64,000 nt of DNA from Lachnospiraceae bacterium (lineage in GTDB: Bacteria > Bacillota > Clostridia > Lachnospirales > Lachnospiraceae), in NCBI GenBank assembly GCA_045627645.1, contig JAZQOC010000037.1, forward strand, positions 17,515 through 81,514, in the 5' to 3' direction. Positions 51,569-62,700 of this stretch are shown here, piece by piece. The translations under genes and the position numbers were made by a program. The number at the start of each line of letters is the position of its first letter. Position 1 is the first letter of the stretch. The notes under the pieces were generated by a model, which worked only from the letters and a program-made list of their open reading frames with translations, did no database searches and was not told the DNA's origin.

Positions 51569-53649
51569 TACAGTCTTATCATCCTCTTCAAATTACCTTC
51601 AAGATTATCAACCATCTCTTTTTGAATAAGTGATGTTCGCATGGCAACCGTAAGCTTATTGCCTGTGCTTCTAACCATATCAGATACTTCAATAACAATA
51701 TTAGGATCATTGTTAAAGAATACAGCTGTTATTCCGCTTACACTGGAATCCTTAAGCTTTTTGCCATTGATATATACTCGCTTGTTATCCTTGATATCTA
51801 TAAGCTTGTCATTAAACACCATGCTTTCAAGATATGTCAACGCATAGTCCTCACATGGATCAATTCTTACTTTTCTAACGTTAGAAGGGAATTCTATCGA
51901 CATCTCAACATATCCCTCCATATCATAGGTATCTGTTACATAGTAGGCATCTTCTTCACCAAATCCCTTGCCGTAATCCAGATACACCTTAATTCTTCTC
52001 TTATTGGCTTCAAGGGCCGCATCACTGATGCTCTTCTCAAGAGAAAGAATCTTTCCACCAATTAAATCCCTTAATTCTCCCAAAGACTTATATCTGCCAG
52101 TTACTTCTTTCTGGAACATCGCCTCATGTTCTCTGTAGCCCTGCTCCTCGTCTACTGTAATATCAAGTTCTTTGATAATTGAATCATAATTTAATATTTC
52201 TCTATTTTCATCTTCGAGAATGTAACAGTATAAAGCTCTGAAAGCCAGTTCTTTAGCCTTTACAGTGCGTTCTTCAACCCACTCATAGTCAATAACTGTC
52301 CAGTAATCTCCATCTACGAGAATATTAGAAAATACCAGATCCATATCCGCTATATGACTCAAGTCTCCCTCAGATATACGCTTAACAAATTCGTCAAAAA
52401 GCTCCTTAAAGCCTTCAGCATCCCCTCTTGACAGGCAATCATCCATGAGTTCTGAAAGCTGAACGCCATTAACATAAGGGAATATAACGCTCATTCCATT
52501 GTCTGCAATATTGCAAGGGCAGATATATAAACCAGCATATCGATAAGCTCCTGCAAGACCTTCATAATGACGTCTCATGGACTGCATATGTTCAATACCC
52601 GCCTCAGTAAGAGCACGCTTCTTAACTATTTTATTTCCGCCAATTTCTAAAATTTCTGTACCGATTTTGTATGCATCAGCTCTGTCATTGGAATACCTGA
52701 CATATTCCGTCTCAACATCATCACCCAGCACCACAAGGAAGGAATTAGAATACTTATCGAATTCGCCATCCTCTAAAATCCCGTCAAATACAGCCTTTTC
52801 ATCAAAAAGCTTTACTCTGTCACGGTCAAAGTTTCGATTATTCAAGCACAACTCACCCTTCTTTGGAAGTCTCTTGTCCGAAAAGAGTGTATTCATGAAT
52901 TTGTAATCAGGATATGGATAGTAGAAATTAACCTTTCTCTCTCCACATGTCTCAAATATGCGTTCAAGCCCCTTCTTAGAGAAGGTTTTAACACCATCCT
53001 CTGGCTTATATCCTTCAAGGCCGCAGAAATATCTGTTAAGATGATCCTCCTTGCAGCCTGCCCAGTATTTAAGACCATAACGATTTTCAATGGCAATTAC
53101 TACCTTGCCTGTAATCGCTTTTGCATGTTTTCTTATTATTTTAAGAAAGTCTTCATATGGTGTATCACCGCCCATATAACTCTGGCCATATTCAAACACA
53201 CCTATAAGAAGACAATAGTCATAATCTGTATCAAGTTCTGGCTCAATATCTTTAAAATTACCTACTTTAATAGTAACATTGTCGCAGTTTTGGTTTCTGT
53301 ACGCATTGATAAGACTGCGCTTCTTTGACAATTCCACACAGGTGACCTGGCCAGCTTTTCTCGAAAGGGCTCCAGTAATAGCACCACAGCCAGAACCAAT
53401 CTCTAACACCTTGGCATCCTTATCCATTGGAATCCAGTCCACTATATTTTCTCTCTGAGAAGAGAAATGATACATTACAGGCCAGTTGGCATATTCTTCA
53501 ATAATGCGTGGATACTCAACCTTCGCATAATTCTTAGCAATGTCCAGCATAGTGTCTTCAATCGCACCATCACAGTACAAATCTTCACCCGGATACTTGC
53601 TATAATCTAATGTTATTTTTCCAATTTGTTCAATAAATTCGAAATCCAT
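51568..53649 (-). CDS. SAM methyltransferase with a kinase-like domain and C-terminal beta domain (WbdD-like glycan chain terminator candidate)
   Basis: VLEIGSGCG and VE motifs; kinase-like VKK, FPYVNG, DLVFSNIL and IDYE; C-terminal VYLDYGKGF...VRIDP. Confidence 0.8.
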   Translation of the reverse strand: MDFEFIEQIGKITLDYSKYPGEDLYCDGAIEDTMLDIAKNYAKVEYPRIIEEYANWPVMYHFSSQRENIVDWIPMDKDAKVLEIGSGCGAITGALSRKAGQVTCVELSKKRSLINAYRNQNCDNVTIKVGNFKDIEPELDTDYDYCLLIGVFEYGQSYMGGDTPYEDFLKIIRKHAKAITGKVVIAIENRYGLKYWAGCKEDHLNRYFCGLEGYKPEDGVKTFSKKGLERIFETCGERKVNFYYPYPDYKFMNTLFSDKRLPKKGELCLNNRNFDRDRVKLFDEKAVFDGILEDGEFDKYSNSFLVVLGDDVETEYVRYSNDRADAYKIGTEILEIGGNKIVKKRALTEAGIEHMQSMRRHYEGLAGAYRYAGLYICPCNIADNGMSVIFPYVNGVQLSELMDDCLSRGDAEGFKELFDEFVKRISEGDLSHIADMDLVFSNILVDGDYWTVIDYEWVEERTVKAKELAFRALYCYILEDENREILNYDSIIKELDITVDEEQGYREHEAMFQKEVTGRYKSLGELRDLIGGKILSLEKSISDAALEANKRRIKVYLDYGKGFGEEDAYYVTDTYDMEGYVEMSIEFPSNVRKVRIDPCEDYALTYLESMVFNDKLIDIKDNKRVYINGKKLKDSSVSGITAVFFNNDPNIVIEVSDMVRSTGNKLTVAMRTSLIQKEMVDNLEGNLKRMIRL

Positions 53650-53657
53650 GTATCTTC

Positions 53658-54932
53658 CTATTCAACAACAACTTTAGAATTCATATCATAATAACCTACA
53701 GTATCCTTGTCAGATACAACAGTTATATTAAGTACATCATACAATCTGTGATATACCTGGAACTTGTCATCTTCATACCCGGTTACGCCAAGGCTAAGAA
53801 GATATTCTCCGCCCTGCAGGTCCATATTCTGGGTAAATGAGACCTTTTTCTTTGTTCCCTTCTTCACTCCATCGAGAAAGGCTTTTTCAAACATAGAGTT
53901 TGTTCCAGTTATCTCTGTTCCTCGTATATTTTTTACAGTAAATGCAAAAATCGGAGCCTTCACATCTTCCGTAAACTCTACTGTGTAGTGCAGAGTCCAT
54001 GGCTCACCCTTAATAACAGCCGTAGTCACTGTACCCTTCTTATCTGTAACGTAATAATCTGTGATTTTGGCTGCTCCTGTGCCATATTCAATAACATCAG
54101 GATTAATGCCCCCCATCATTGACGCCTTGGCCTTAATTTCTGCATCGTCCAAAAGATTATTATCATCTGATTCAGGAACCTGATACTGACCTACAAGTAC
54201 CTGCTTGTAAGCATCTATCATCTCCTTTGGCGAACCTTCTCCAAGCTTTACACCCTTGTTAAGGAGTACAACTCTGTCGCAGTACTTGGCAATAGAGCTT
54301 AGGTCATGACTTACAAAGATAATAGTCTTGCCTGCCGCCTTAAATTCATCAAACTTGTGATAACACTTTGCCTGGAAGAATACATCACCAACAGAAAGAG
54401 CTTCATCTACAATCAAAATTTCAGGCTCGATATTAATTGCTACCGCAAACGCGAGACGTACAAACATACCACTGGAATAGGTTTTACAAGGCTGGTATAC
54501 GTAATCACCTATATCTGCAAAATCTAAAATATCCTGCAGCTTCGCATCAATTTCCTTTTCAGAAAAGCCCATCATGGTTCCGTTAAGGTACACATTTTCA
54601 ATACCGTTATACTCCATGTTGAATCCTGCACCAAGCTCAAGAAGTGCACTGATACGGCCATTTACAATAAGGTCACCCTTAGTTGGATTAAGTACTCCAG
54701 TAATAATCTTAAGAATTGTAGATTTACCAGAACCATTGGTACCAATAATTCCAACCGTTTCCCCCTTATTGATGGTAAGATCCACATCAGTAAGTGCATA
54801 GTGCTCCTTGTGCTTGCATTTTTTAGACAAGCCCAAAGCTTCCTTCATTCTGTCAGACGGTTTATCGTAGAGCTTATATATCTTTGTTATATTTTCTGCT
54901 TTAATAGCAATATTATCTAAAGTATTTTCCAT
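53658..54932 (-). CDS. wzt: Polysaccharide ABC exporter ATPase with a C-terminal carbohydrate-binding domain
   Basis: GTNGSGKST, YSSGM..RLAF, VDEALSVGD and VSHD, plus a ~150-aa Wzt-C-like extension. Confidence 0.93.
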   Translation of the reverse strand: MENTLDNIAIKAENITKIYKLYDKPSDRMKEALGLSKKCKHKEHYALTDVDLTINKGETVGIIGTNGSGKSTILKIITGVLNPTKGDLIVNGRISALLELGAGFNMEYNGIENVYLNGTMMGFSEKEIDAKLQDILDFADIGDYVYQPCKTYSSGMFVRLAFAVAINIEPEILIVDEALSVGDVFFQAKCYHKFDEFKAAGKTIIFVSHDLSSIAKYCDRVVLLNKGVKLGEGSPKEMIDAYKQVLVGQYQVPESDDNNLLDDAEIKAKASMMGGINPDVIEYGTGAAKITDYYVTDKKGTVTTAVIKGEPWTLHYTVEFTEDVKAPIFAFTVKNIRGTEITGTNSMFEKAFLDGVKKGTKKKVSFTQNMDLQGGEYLLSLGVTGYEDDKFQVYHRLYDVLNITVVSDKDTVGYYDMNSKVVVE

Positions 54933-54938
54933 GATTCC

Positions 54939-55946
54939 TTACAATACGTCCGCGAAATGCGGTTTAAGTCTCTTAAATATCAGACAGCCTATACCAAACA
55001 GTACTACTGTAAATATCCAGAAATACATAGTTGAATAAAAATCCTCGAAGAACCACTGCTTCTCGCAGATAGAACTTCTGTATCCTTCTACAATATATAC
55101 AAGTGGATTAATCTTAATATACATCTGAACCTTTGTATCAAAAGCTGCTACATTCCAAAGAATAGGAGTAGCCCACATGCCAATCTGCAGAAGAATGTTT
55201 ATAATCTGTGCTATATCCTTGAAGAATACCATAATTGCACAGGTTGAATAGCACAACGCCAGTACAAAGATAAATGTGCAGGCACTATAATATACAATCT
55301 GGATCGTATAAATGGTTGGAAAGAATCCATATATAGCGGCAATCACCAACATAATTATCACAAAAAATGCATGAATAAATGTGGCTGCAATTACCTTAAT
55401 AATCGGCAATATACTAATCTTAAACACTACCTTTTTAACAAGGTAAGAATACTCTATAAGCGCCTGTGTTCCATTGTTCAACGCTTCCGTAAAATAGAAC
55501 CATGGAACCAGTCCCGCTGTCAAAAATAAGACATATGGTATACTAGTCGCCCTTGCACCAACCTGGTCTCCAGCTCCCATAATTACATCAAAAACAATGT
55601 AATACATGATTACTGTTACAACCGGCTGAATCATAGCCCAAACCGCGCCAAGATATGAACCCGCATAGCGCTTCTTAAAATCGTTCTTAGCTAACTTCCA
55701 TATAAGATGTCTGTTCATCCAAAGTTCCCATGGTAAAACAGTAATCTTATCGTACAGAAGAATAAATGCTATTTCAGCAACTGCTATTATCACAATTGCT
55801 ATTATTTTTTTAGTTAACTCATCCTGAGGATCTGCCAAAGGATTGTGATGCACACCAATTATTATGGCCATTGTAAGCATCAGCACTGTAAAATTGGCTA
55901 TCCCAACAGGCTTAGTAATACTAAATTTGCCTCTTAATTTTTTCAT
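54939..55946 (-). CDS. wzm: Polysaccharide ABC exporter permease with an N-terminal 2-TM extension
   Basis: DFKKRYAGSYLG..W, GLVPW, LVKKV.F, ATPI and NPL. Confidence 0.92.
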   Translation of the reverse strand: MKKLRGKFSITKPVGIANFTVLMLTMAIIIGVHHNPLADPQDELTKKIIAIVIIAVAEIAFILLYDKITVLPWELWMNRHLIWKLAKNDFKKRYAGSYLGAVWAMIQPVVTVIMYYIVFDVIMGAGDQVGARATSIPYVLFLTAGLVPWFYFTEALNNGTQALIEYSYLVKKVVFKISILPIIKVIAATFIHAFFVIIMLVIAAIYGFFPTIYTIQIVYYSACTFIFVLALCYSTCAIMVFFKDIAQIINILLQIGMWATPILWNVAAFDTKVQMYIKINPLVYIVEGYRSSICEKQWFFEDFYSTMYFWIFTVVLFGIGCLIFKRLKPHFADVL

Positions 55947-55961
55947 AATCTATCCTAAATA

Positions 55962-56525
55962 TTAGATATTGTGTTCTTTCTTATACTGAGAAAATGGAGC
56001 ATGGCACTTGTCCTTGTCGGACATAATAAGTTCAGTTCCTTCCTCAAATGGCCACTGTACACCGATTTCAGGATCGTTATACATAAGACCGCCCTCATCA
56101 TTTGGATGATAGAAATCTGATACCTTATAGCAGAATTCCGCATAATCGCTCATTACATAAAAGCCATGAGCAAATCCCTTTGGAACAAAGAACTGTTTCT
56201 TATTCTCTGCAGAGAGCTCTACACCAAACCACTTTCCAAAGGTTTTTGAACCTTCTCTTAAGTCAACAGCCACATCAAAAACCTTACCATTGATTACTCT
56301 GACAAGCTTATCCTGTGGATATTCCTTCTGAAAATGAAGACCACGAAGTACATTCTTAACAGATGCTGACTGATTGTCCTGAACAAACTCTACATCAATA
56401 CCTGCTGCTTCAAAATCCTTCTTCTGAAATGTTTCTACAAAGTAACCTCTCTCATCACCAAAGACCTGTGGAGTAATTACTTTAAGTCCTTCTATCTCAC
56501 ATGTCTCTACTGTTATCTTGCCCAT
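55962..56525 (-). CDS. rmlC: dTDP-4-dehydrorhamnose 3,5-epimerase
   Basis: GDERGYF, FVQDN.S, LRGLHFQ, DVAVDLR, P.GFAHGF and YK. Start moved to ATG 56525. Confidence 0.96.
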   Translation of the reverse strand: MGKITVETCEIEGLKVITPQVFGDERGYFVETFQKKDFEAAGIDVEFVQDNQSASVKNVLRGLHFQKEYPQDKLVRVINGKVFDVAVDLREGSKTFGKWFGVELSAENKKQFFVPKGFAHGFYVMSDYAEFCYKVSDFYHPNDEGGLMYNDPEIGVQWPFEEGTELIMSDKDKCHAPFSQYKKEHNI

Positions 56526-57810
56526 CCTCGTCACTCTCCTTTGACGTAATTCTTTCTTCTTTTTCACTGGTATCAAGGTAGCTCAAATTCATATCTACGC
56601 GACCTTCAATACCTGGTATTCTTCCTGCAGAACTATACTGCCACATCTGATATGTACCATTGTAATCAGGTACATCTGTATACTGCGCTAACCATGTAAC
56701 ATTGTCTGCTGACAATTTAGATATATCAAGGCGACTGTTAAACCAGTTCTTGCTGGCATAAATACCCGCCTTGTAATTTCCACTTCTGATTGTTTCGCAG
56801 AAGGCCTGCAAAACATTACTTCTTGTTGCCTTGTCAATGTCATCAGCTCGGCCATTGCCTCCCGCTGATTCACTGTCTATAAATACTGGATATTCCAGCT
56901 TATATTTTTTAACAAGACTCATTACAGCGCTGGCCTCTTCTACAGCTTCTCTCTCATCAATTGCCTGAGTGAAGAAGTATACGCCAACAGGTATTCCTGC
57001 TTCAGTTGCCCCCGCTATGTTCTGTTCGAAATAAGGGTCCTCAACAATAACACCTGTCTTAGATCCTCTGTATCCGCATCTGATTATTGCGAACTTAACG
57101 CCCTCATTTTTAACCTTATTCCAATCGATATCGCCGTTGTATTTCGATACGTCGATTCCAAATACAGCTCCATCTACAGTTCTTATAGCAGAACTTCCAC
57201 TGGATTCCTCCTCTGCATCTTTAACAGCCGTATCTTCCTTTTGGGCATCAATATCTTCTTCCGTCTTAATCAGATAAGAAATATCCGCTACAGCCCTATA
57301 TTCAATCTTTGCTTTAACCGTAATCTTAATTGGCTTTTCCGGCAAAGAATATCCAATCAGACTGTCGATTGTAACGCTGTAATCTCCCGGTGATACATCA
57401 TCGATATCTATAATTCCATCCCTGTCATCATCGGTATATTTTCCAACATCTTCAATGCTTGCCCTGAAGTGTCTTCCTGTGACAGGCTTTCCCTTTTCAT
57501 CCAGAGCCACCACTCTGACAGTACTTCCGATAGAGGAAACTCTGTAGGATGCAGGTTTTTTTGTCTCAACCACAACATCCTCATGCTTACCATCTCCAAG
57601 CTTTTTCTCATCGAAAAAAGTTTCATCCGACATCCATGCCTGATAGTTCACATTTTCCTCTGTAAAAACTTTCTGGACATTTTCCTCTACTGTCACTTTA
57701 GATTTTGTCTCTTTGCTAAATGCGCCATTGGCAGCCAGTACTATCATCAATACTGTTGCCGCAAACAATCCAACGACAAGCATTCCAATCTGAACTAACT
57801 TAGAGTCCAT
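56497..57810 (-). CDS. Membrane-anchored GH25 muramidase
   Basis: N-terminal TM helix, Ig-like region with [27 protein letters not shown], catalytic-type DSE and WQYSS. Confidence 0.9.
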   Translation of the reverse strand: MDSKLVQIGMLVVGLFAATVLMIVLAANGAFSKETKSKVTVEENVQKVFTEENVNYQAWMSDETFFDEKKLGDGKHEDVVVETKKPASYRVSSIGSTVRVVALDEKGKPVTGRHFRASIEDVGKYTDDDRDGIIDIDDVSPGDYSVTIDSLIGYSLPEKPIKITVKAKIEYRAVADISYLIKTEEDIDAQKEDTAVKDAEEESSGSSAIRTVDGAVFGIDVSKYNGDIDWNKVKNEGVKFAIIRCGYRGSKTGVIVEDPYFEQNIAGATEAGIPVGVYFFTQAIDEREAVEEASAVMSLVKKYKLEYPVFIDSESAGGNGRADDIDKATRSNVLQAFCETIRSGNYKAGIYASKNWFNSRLDISKLSADNVTWLAQYTDVPDYNGTYQMWQYSSAGRIPGIEGRVDMNLSYLDTSEKEERITSKESDEDGQDNSRDM

Positions 57811-58669
57811 TAGCTACCTCTACAAGATATTTGCCATACTCAGTCTTCATAAGTGGCTCTGCCAGCTTAAGAAGCTGCTCTCTATCTATAAATCCACGCT
57901 TATAAGCAATTTCTTCGATACATGAGATATAAAGTCCCTGTCTCTTCTGGAAAGCTGCCACAAAATTAGCCGCATCCAAAAGCGAATCATGATTTCCTGT
58001 ATCAAGCCAAGCAAAACCTCTTCCCATAGTCTCTACGCTAAGGTCTCCGCGCTCAAGATAAGCGTTGTTTACTGCTGTGATTTCTATCTCACCACGAGCT
58101 GATGGTTTTACATTTTTCGCAATCTCTACTACATCGTTGTCGTAGAAATACAAACCTGGTACTGCATAGTTGCTCTTTGGATTAGCTGGCTTTTCCTCAA
58201 TTGAAATAGCCTTCTTATTCTCATCGAATTCTACTACGCCATATTCTCTTGGATCTCTTACATAATAACCAAAGATTGTTGCTCCCTTTTCTCTTGAAGC
58301 TACTTCCCTTAAAAGCTTACTGAAACTCTGACCATAGAAAATATTGTCTCCAAGCACAAGTGCTACATTGTCCTTGCCAATAAATTCTTCGCCTATGATA
58401 AATGCGTCCGCCAATCCTCTTGGATATTCCTGAATCGCATACGAAAGCTTAAGTCCAAGCTGTTCTCCTGTTCCAAGCAATTCTTCAAACACAGGCAAAT
58501 CTCTTGGTGTTGAGATTATAAGTATCTCCTGTATTCCTGCCAACATCAGTGTACTGAGCGGATAATAAATCATTGGCTTATCATATACTGGCATTATCTG
58601 CTTTGAAATTGCCTTTGTGAGTGGATAGAGGCGTGTGCCGCTTCCACCTGCTAGAATTATTCCCTTCAT
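57800..58669 (-). CDS. rmlA: Glucose-1-phosphate thymidylyltransferase
   Basis: [33 protein letters not shown] and WLDTG. Confidence 0.98.
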   Translation of the reverse strand: MKGIILAGGSGTRLYPLTKAISKQIMPVYDKPMIYYPLSTLMLAGIQEILIISTPRDLPVFEELLGTGEQLGLKLSYAIQEYPRGLADAFIIGEEFIGKDNVALVLGDNIFYGQSFSKLLREVASREKGATIFGYYVRDPREYGVVEFDENKKAISIEEKPANPKSNYAVPGLYFYDNDVVEIAKNVKPSARGEIEITAVNNAYLERGDLSVETMGRGFAWLDTGNHDSLLDAANFVAAFQKRQGLYISCIEEIAYKRGFIDREQLLKLAEPLMKTEYGKYLVEVANGL

Positions 58670-58682
58670 GTTTGTTTCCCTT

Positions 58683-59762
58683 TTACTTATACATTTCGTT
58701 GTAATATTTCTGGTAATCTCCGCTGGTTACATTCTTCATCCAATCTTCATTTTCGAAGAACCACTTGATTGTAAGCTTAATTCCATCCTTGAACATTGTC
58801 TCTGGATACCAGCCGATTTCTTCCTTAATCTTGTCTGGAGCGATTGCATATCTTCTGTCATGACCTTTTCTGTCTTCTACATATGCTATAAGGTCTGTTG
58901 TGATATGTGCCTTTCTTGGATCTGAATCCGGAAGCATCTCATTGAGTGTCTCAATGATGATATTGATAATTTCAATATTCTGCTTCTCGTTGTGTCCACC
59001 TACGTTGTATGTCTCAAACAAACGTCCTTTTTCCTGTACCATATCGATGGCTTTTGCATGGTCTGCTACATACAACCAGTCACGTACATTCTTTCCATCA
59101 CCATACACAGGGAGCTTTTTGCCCTGTAAGCAGTTATTAATGATAAGCGGAATCAGTTTCTCTGGGAACTGATATGGTCCATAGTTATTTGAGCAGTTTG
59201 TAATGTTGGCTGGGAACTTGTATGTATCCATATATGCCTTTACCAACATATCTGAACTTGCTTTACTTGCCGAATATGGGCTGTGTGGATCATATGGTGT
59301 TGTTTCATAGAAGAAAGCATTCTCATCATCTGGTAATGATCCATAAACCTCGTCTGTTGATACATGAAGGAACTTCTTTCCTTCCTTAAATGTTCCATCT
59401 GGTAATTCCCATGCTGCTTTTGCACAGTTAAGCATTACAGCTGTTCCAAGTACGTTTGTCTGTACAAATACTTCTGGATTTCTGATTGAACGGTCTACAT
59501 GGGATTCCGCTGCAAAATGAACAACTCGGTCGATATCATTTTCAGCAAAAATCTTTGCGATTGCATCCTTTTCTGTGATATCTGCCTTTACAAATGTGTA
59601 ATTGTCTCTGTTTTCTACCTCTTTGAGGTTCTCAAGATTTCCTGCATATGTAAGAGCATCTACATTGATAATTCTGATCTCATTGTCATACTTCTTAAAC
59701 ATGTAGTGAATGTAGTTTGAACCGATAAATCCGGCTCCACCTGTAACTAAATAAGTTCTCAT
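58683..59762 (-). CDS. rmlB: dTDP-glucose 4,6-dehydratase
   Basis: [37 protein letters not shown] and RKGHDRRY. Confidence 0.98.
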   Translation of the reverse strand: MRTYLVTGGAGFIGSNYIHYMFKKYDNEIRIINVDALTYAGNLENLKEVENRDNYTFVKADITEKDAIAKIFAENDIDRVVHFAAESHVDRSIRNPEVFVQTNVLGTAVMLNCAKAAWELPDGTFKEGKKFLHVSTDEVYGSLPDDENAFFYETTPYDPHSPYSASKASSDMLVKAYMDTYKFPANITNCSNNYGPYQFPEKLIPLIINNCLQGKKLPVYGDGKNVRDWLYVADHAKAIDMVQEKGRLFETYNVGGHNEKQNIEIINIIIETLNEMLPDSDPRKAHITTDLIAYVEDRKGHDRRYAIAPDKIKEEIGWYPETMFKDGIKLTIKWFFENEDWMKNVTSGDYQKYYNEMYK

Positions 59763-59784
59763 AGTTTTATCCTTTATCCTAATT

Positions 59785-62700
59785 CTAATATCCTAAATAG
59801 CTAAGATTCATATCTGTGTTACCACTGATTCCACCCACGGATCCCTTAGATGAATACTGCCACATATCAACCTTACCTGTGTATGTAATCTCTGTATTAT
59901 ACTGTGCAAGCCAAATCTTGTAGCTGCTAAGTGAGCCTACATTCATCTTAGTATTAAGCCATGACTTGTTAGCATATACACCAGCTGTGTAGCCACTGTT
60001 CTTAACAGTCTCACAGAAGGCCTTGATAACCTGTGTTCTAGTATTGGCATCAATTCTGTCGCCTCGTCCGCCACTATCCTCTACATCAAGGAATACTGGG
60101 TATGATACCTTGTATCCCTTCATGAGGTTGATTGCCATAGAGGCTTCCTCTACAGCCTCGACATCAGTTACTGCCTGACTGAAGAAATAAATACCAACCT
60201 TAAGGCCTGCATCAGTCGCGCCCTTAATATTAGTCTTAAACTTAGGATCTTCTACAAGCGCTCCCGTAGATGAACCTCTGTATCCACATCTGATAATTAC
60301 AAATGAGACACCCGAATTCTTAACTGCTGTCCAGTTAATATTTCCATTCCATTTAGAAACATCGATACCCATTGTACCAGAGCCCTTAACAAGTGCTCCT
60401 GTGCTATCGAAGTTATACTTAGCACCCTGGATTACCTGCTCGCCTGTTACATAGTTTCCATTCTTATCGAAGTAATATGTTGAACCGTTGAGTTCCTGCC
60501 AGCCAGTGTAAATATAATCTGAGCTGTCTCCACCCATATCAGATGGTTCTGGCTTAACATAGAATGTTGTTGTTCCTTTGTAATAATCTGCATATGTTGC
60601 AGCTATCTTTCCTTCTGCATCAAGATATACTGCTTTGCCCTTGCACAACAATGCCGTTGTCGAATCCGCTGGAACAACTCCGCACTTTGTACATACTCCA
60701 TCTGCACCACACTTATGTACACACGCTGCTGGTGATGGTGATGGTGACACTACCGGCGATGGTGTTGGACTAGGTGTTGGTGATGGACTAGGTGATGGTG
60801 TTGGACTAGGTGATGGAACATATGAAGGATCCTTCTCTGAACATCCAGGATTAGTACATGCTCCATTCTCAAATTTATGTCCAAGCTTATCTGTTTTTTT
60901 ATCTTTATCCTCTGTTCCGCATACACTACATTTCTTTGGTACATAGCCATCTTCTATACATGTTGCAGCAACTTCTGCGCCATATTCCCAAGTGTGGTCT
61001 ATCTTGGCTATCGGTTGTGTCCCCGTTTCCTCACCGCACACAGTACACTTAAATGTAAGCACACCTTCTTTAGTACATGTTGCTTCATCAGCAACACTAC
61101 CCCCATCCGGAGTATGTGTTTCACATGATGCATATGCTTTCATCCCAAATAAATCCGTCAATTTATCAAAGAGGCTTTTCTTTGTCTTCATCGAACTAAC
61201 AGACTTAGTTGCAGCAGGTGTAGGTGTTACACCAGGAAGATTATCCAAATCCTTTGTTCCAATTTTTCTAAGCTTCGCATCATCCTTAAGTTTCTTAGAT
61301 GATTCAACCCATTCAACCGTATCCTTCAAAGAACCCTCAGTCGCCATACCAGCAGCTGTATCTTCCTTGTTAGCATTGATTTCAGATTCCTTTTTAACCT
61401 CATCAGAGACGTCAATTTTCTTGTAATCAATATTCTCCTTGATTGTTACAGTTACAGTCTCTGTACTGAACTTCAGATCCTGATTGTCCATAGCAACCAT
61501 AGAAACCTTTGCCTTGCCAGGCTCTACACTGTTGAGGTAGATAATGCCGTCCTTATCGTCATCAGTTGCACTGTATTTCTTGCCCTTGTTATCTTCTATA
61601 TCAACCTTAAATTCATAGTTACCCACAAGTTTCTTGGTCTTGGCATTGATAAATTTAATCTTGAGGTCCTTTTTAACAGAAGTAAGAGTCATAGTAACCG
61701 AGATGCTCTTTTCTTCTTCCTTCTCGTTATACTCTACATTTTCCTCCTCTTCCTCTTCGATTATTTCCTCCACTACCTCATTCAAAGCGCGCTTAGCATC
61801 AGCTACAGCCACAAGCTTGCTGCCGCCAGATAATCCTATAGCCTGCATATTCTCGCCAAGATATCCGAACTCGTTAATCTTGTTCTGTGTAGCACGAGAA
61901 GATGAATATACAACCAAAGTAATGATTGCAACAATTACCACAAGCACACCCGTGCTCATAACCAACATATCAAGACCGGACATGTTCTTAAAGAATGCCA
62001 CAACCCTGTCGAAGAAGCCCATGTACATCATCATGTCATCTTCATCATCTATCTCTTCTTCAACCACTTCCGGTCTCTTTTTCTTCTTTTTCTTTTTGCG
62101 TCTGACTACTTCAACCTCTTCCTCAGCATTCCCGTCAGCCCATGCTGCATATCCCTCAGAAGCAGATACTGCTGCCTTAGCCTTCTTAGACTCAGTCTTC
62201 ACTGGTTCCTGATTAATCGGCTCTCCGTCGTCATCAAAGTAGATTACTCCTGTGTCACCAGTAGAAAGAGTCTTCTCCTCTTCTATCTGGCTTACAATCT
62301 GTGCCTGTTCCACTTCATCCATTTCGTAAGTTACTTCCGAAATAACATCATCCGCAGGCTTAACCGTTTCAGCCTCAACTTCCTTTGGAACAACTATTTC
62401 CTCAGTAACATTGTGTCTGTTCTTATTGGCTGCCGCGATTCTCTCAGCCTTTGTCATAACAGGGCCTTCAAGATCATCCAAATCAAGGAACTGATTAGAA
62501 AATGCGTCCCCTGCACTATCCTTATACATCTCCTCTTCAGCCTTTTTCTGAGCCTCTTTCTTTGCTTCTGCAGCTGCGCGAATCTTTGCTTCATTCTCTG
62601 CTGCAATCGCTTCCCTGGCCTGTTTTCTAGCCTCAATATTGGCTTTAACAATATCATCAGATGCATTTGCTTCTGCTATTCTTCTAGCCTGTTCTTCAAG

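Noticed and set aside
60635-62212. Several 100-190 aa plus-strand ORFs, including a GDG/GVG repeat peptide
   Set aside because: Mirror frames of the large GH25 gene and its Pro/Ser linker.
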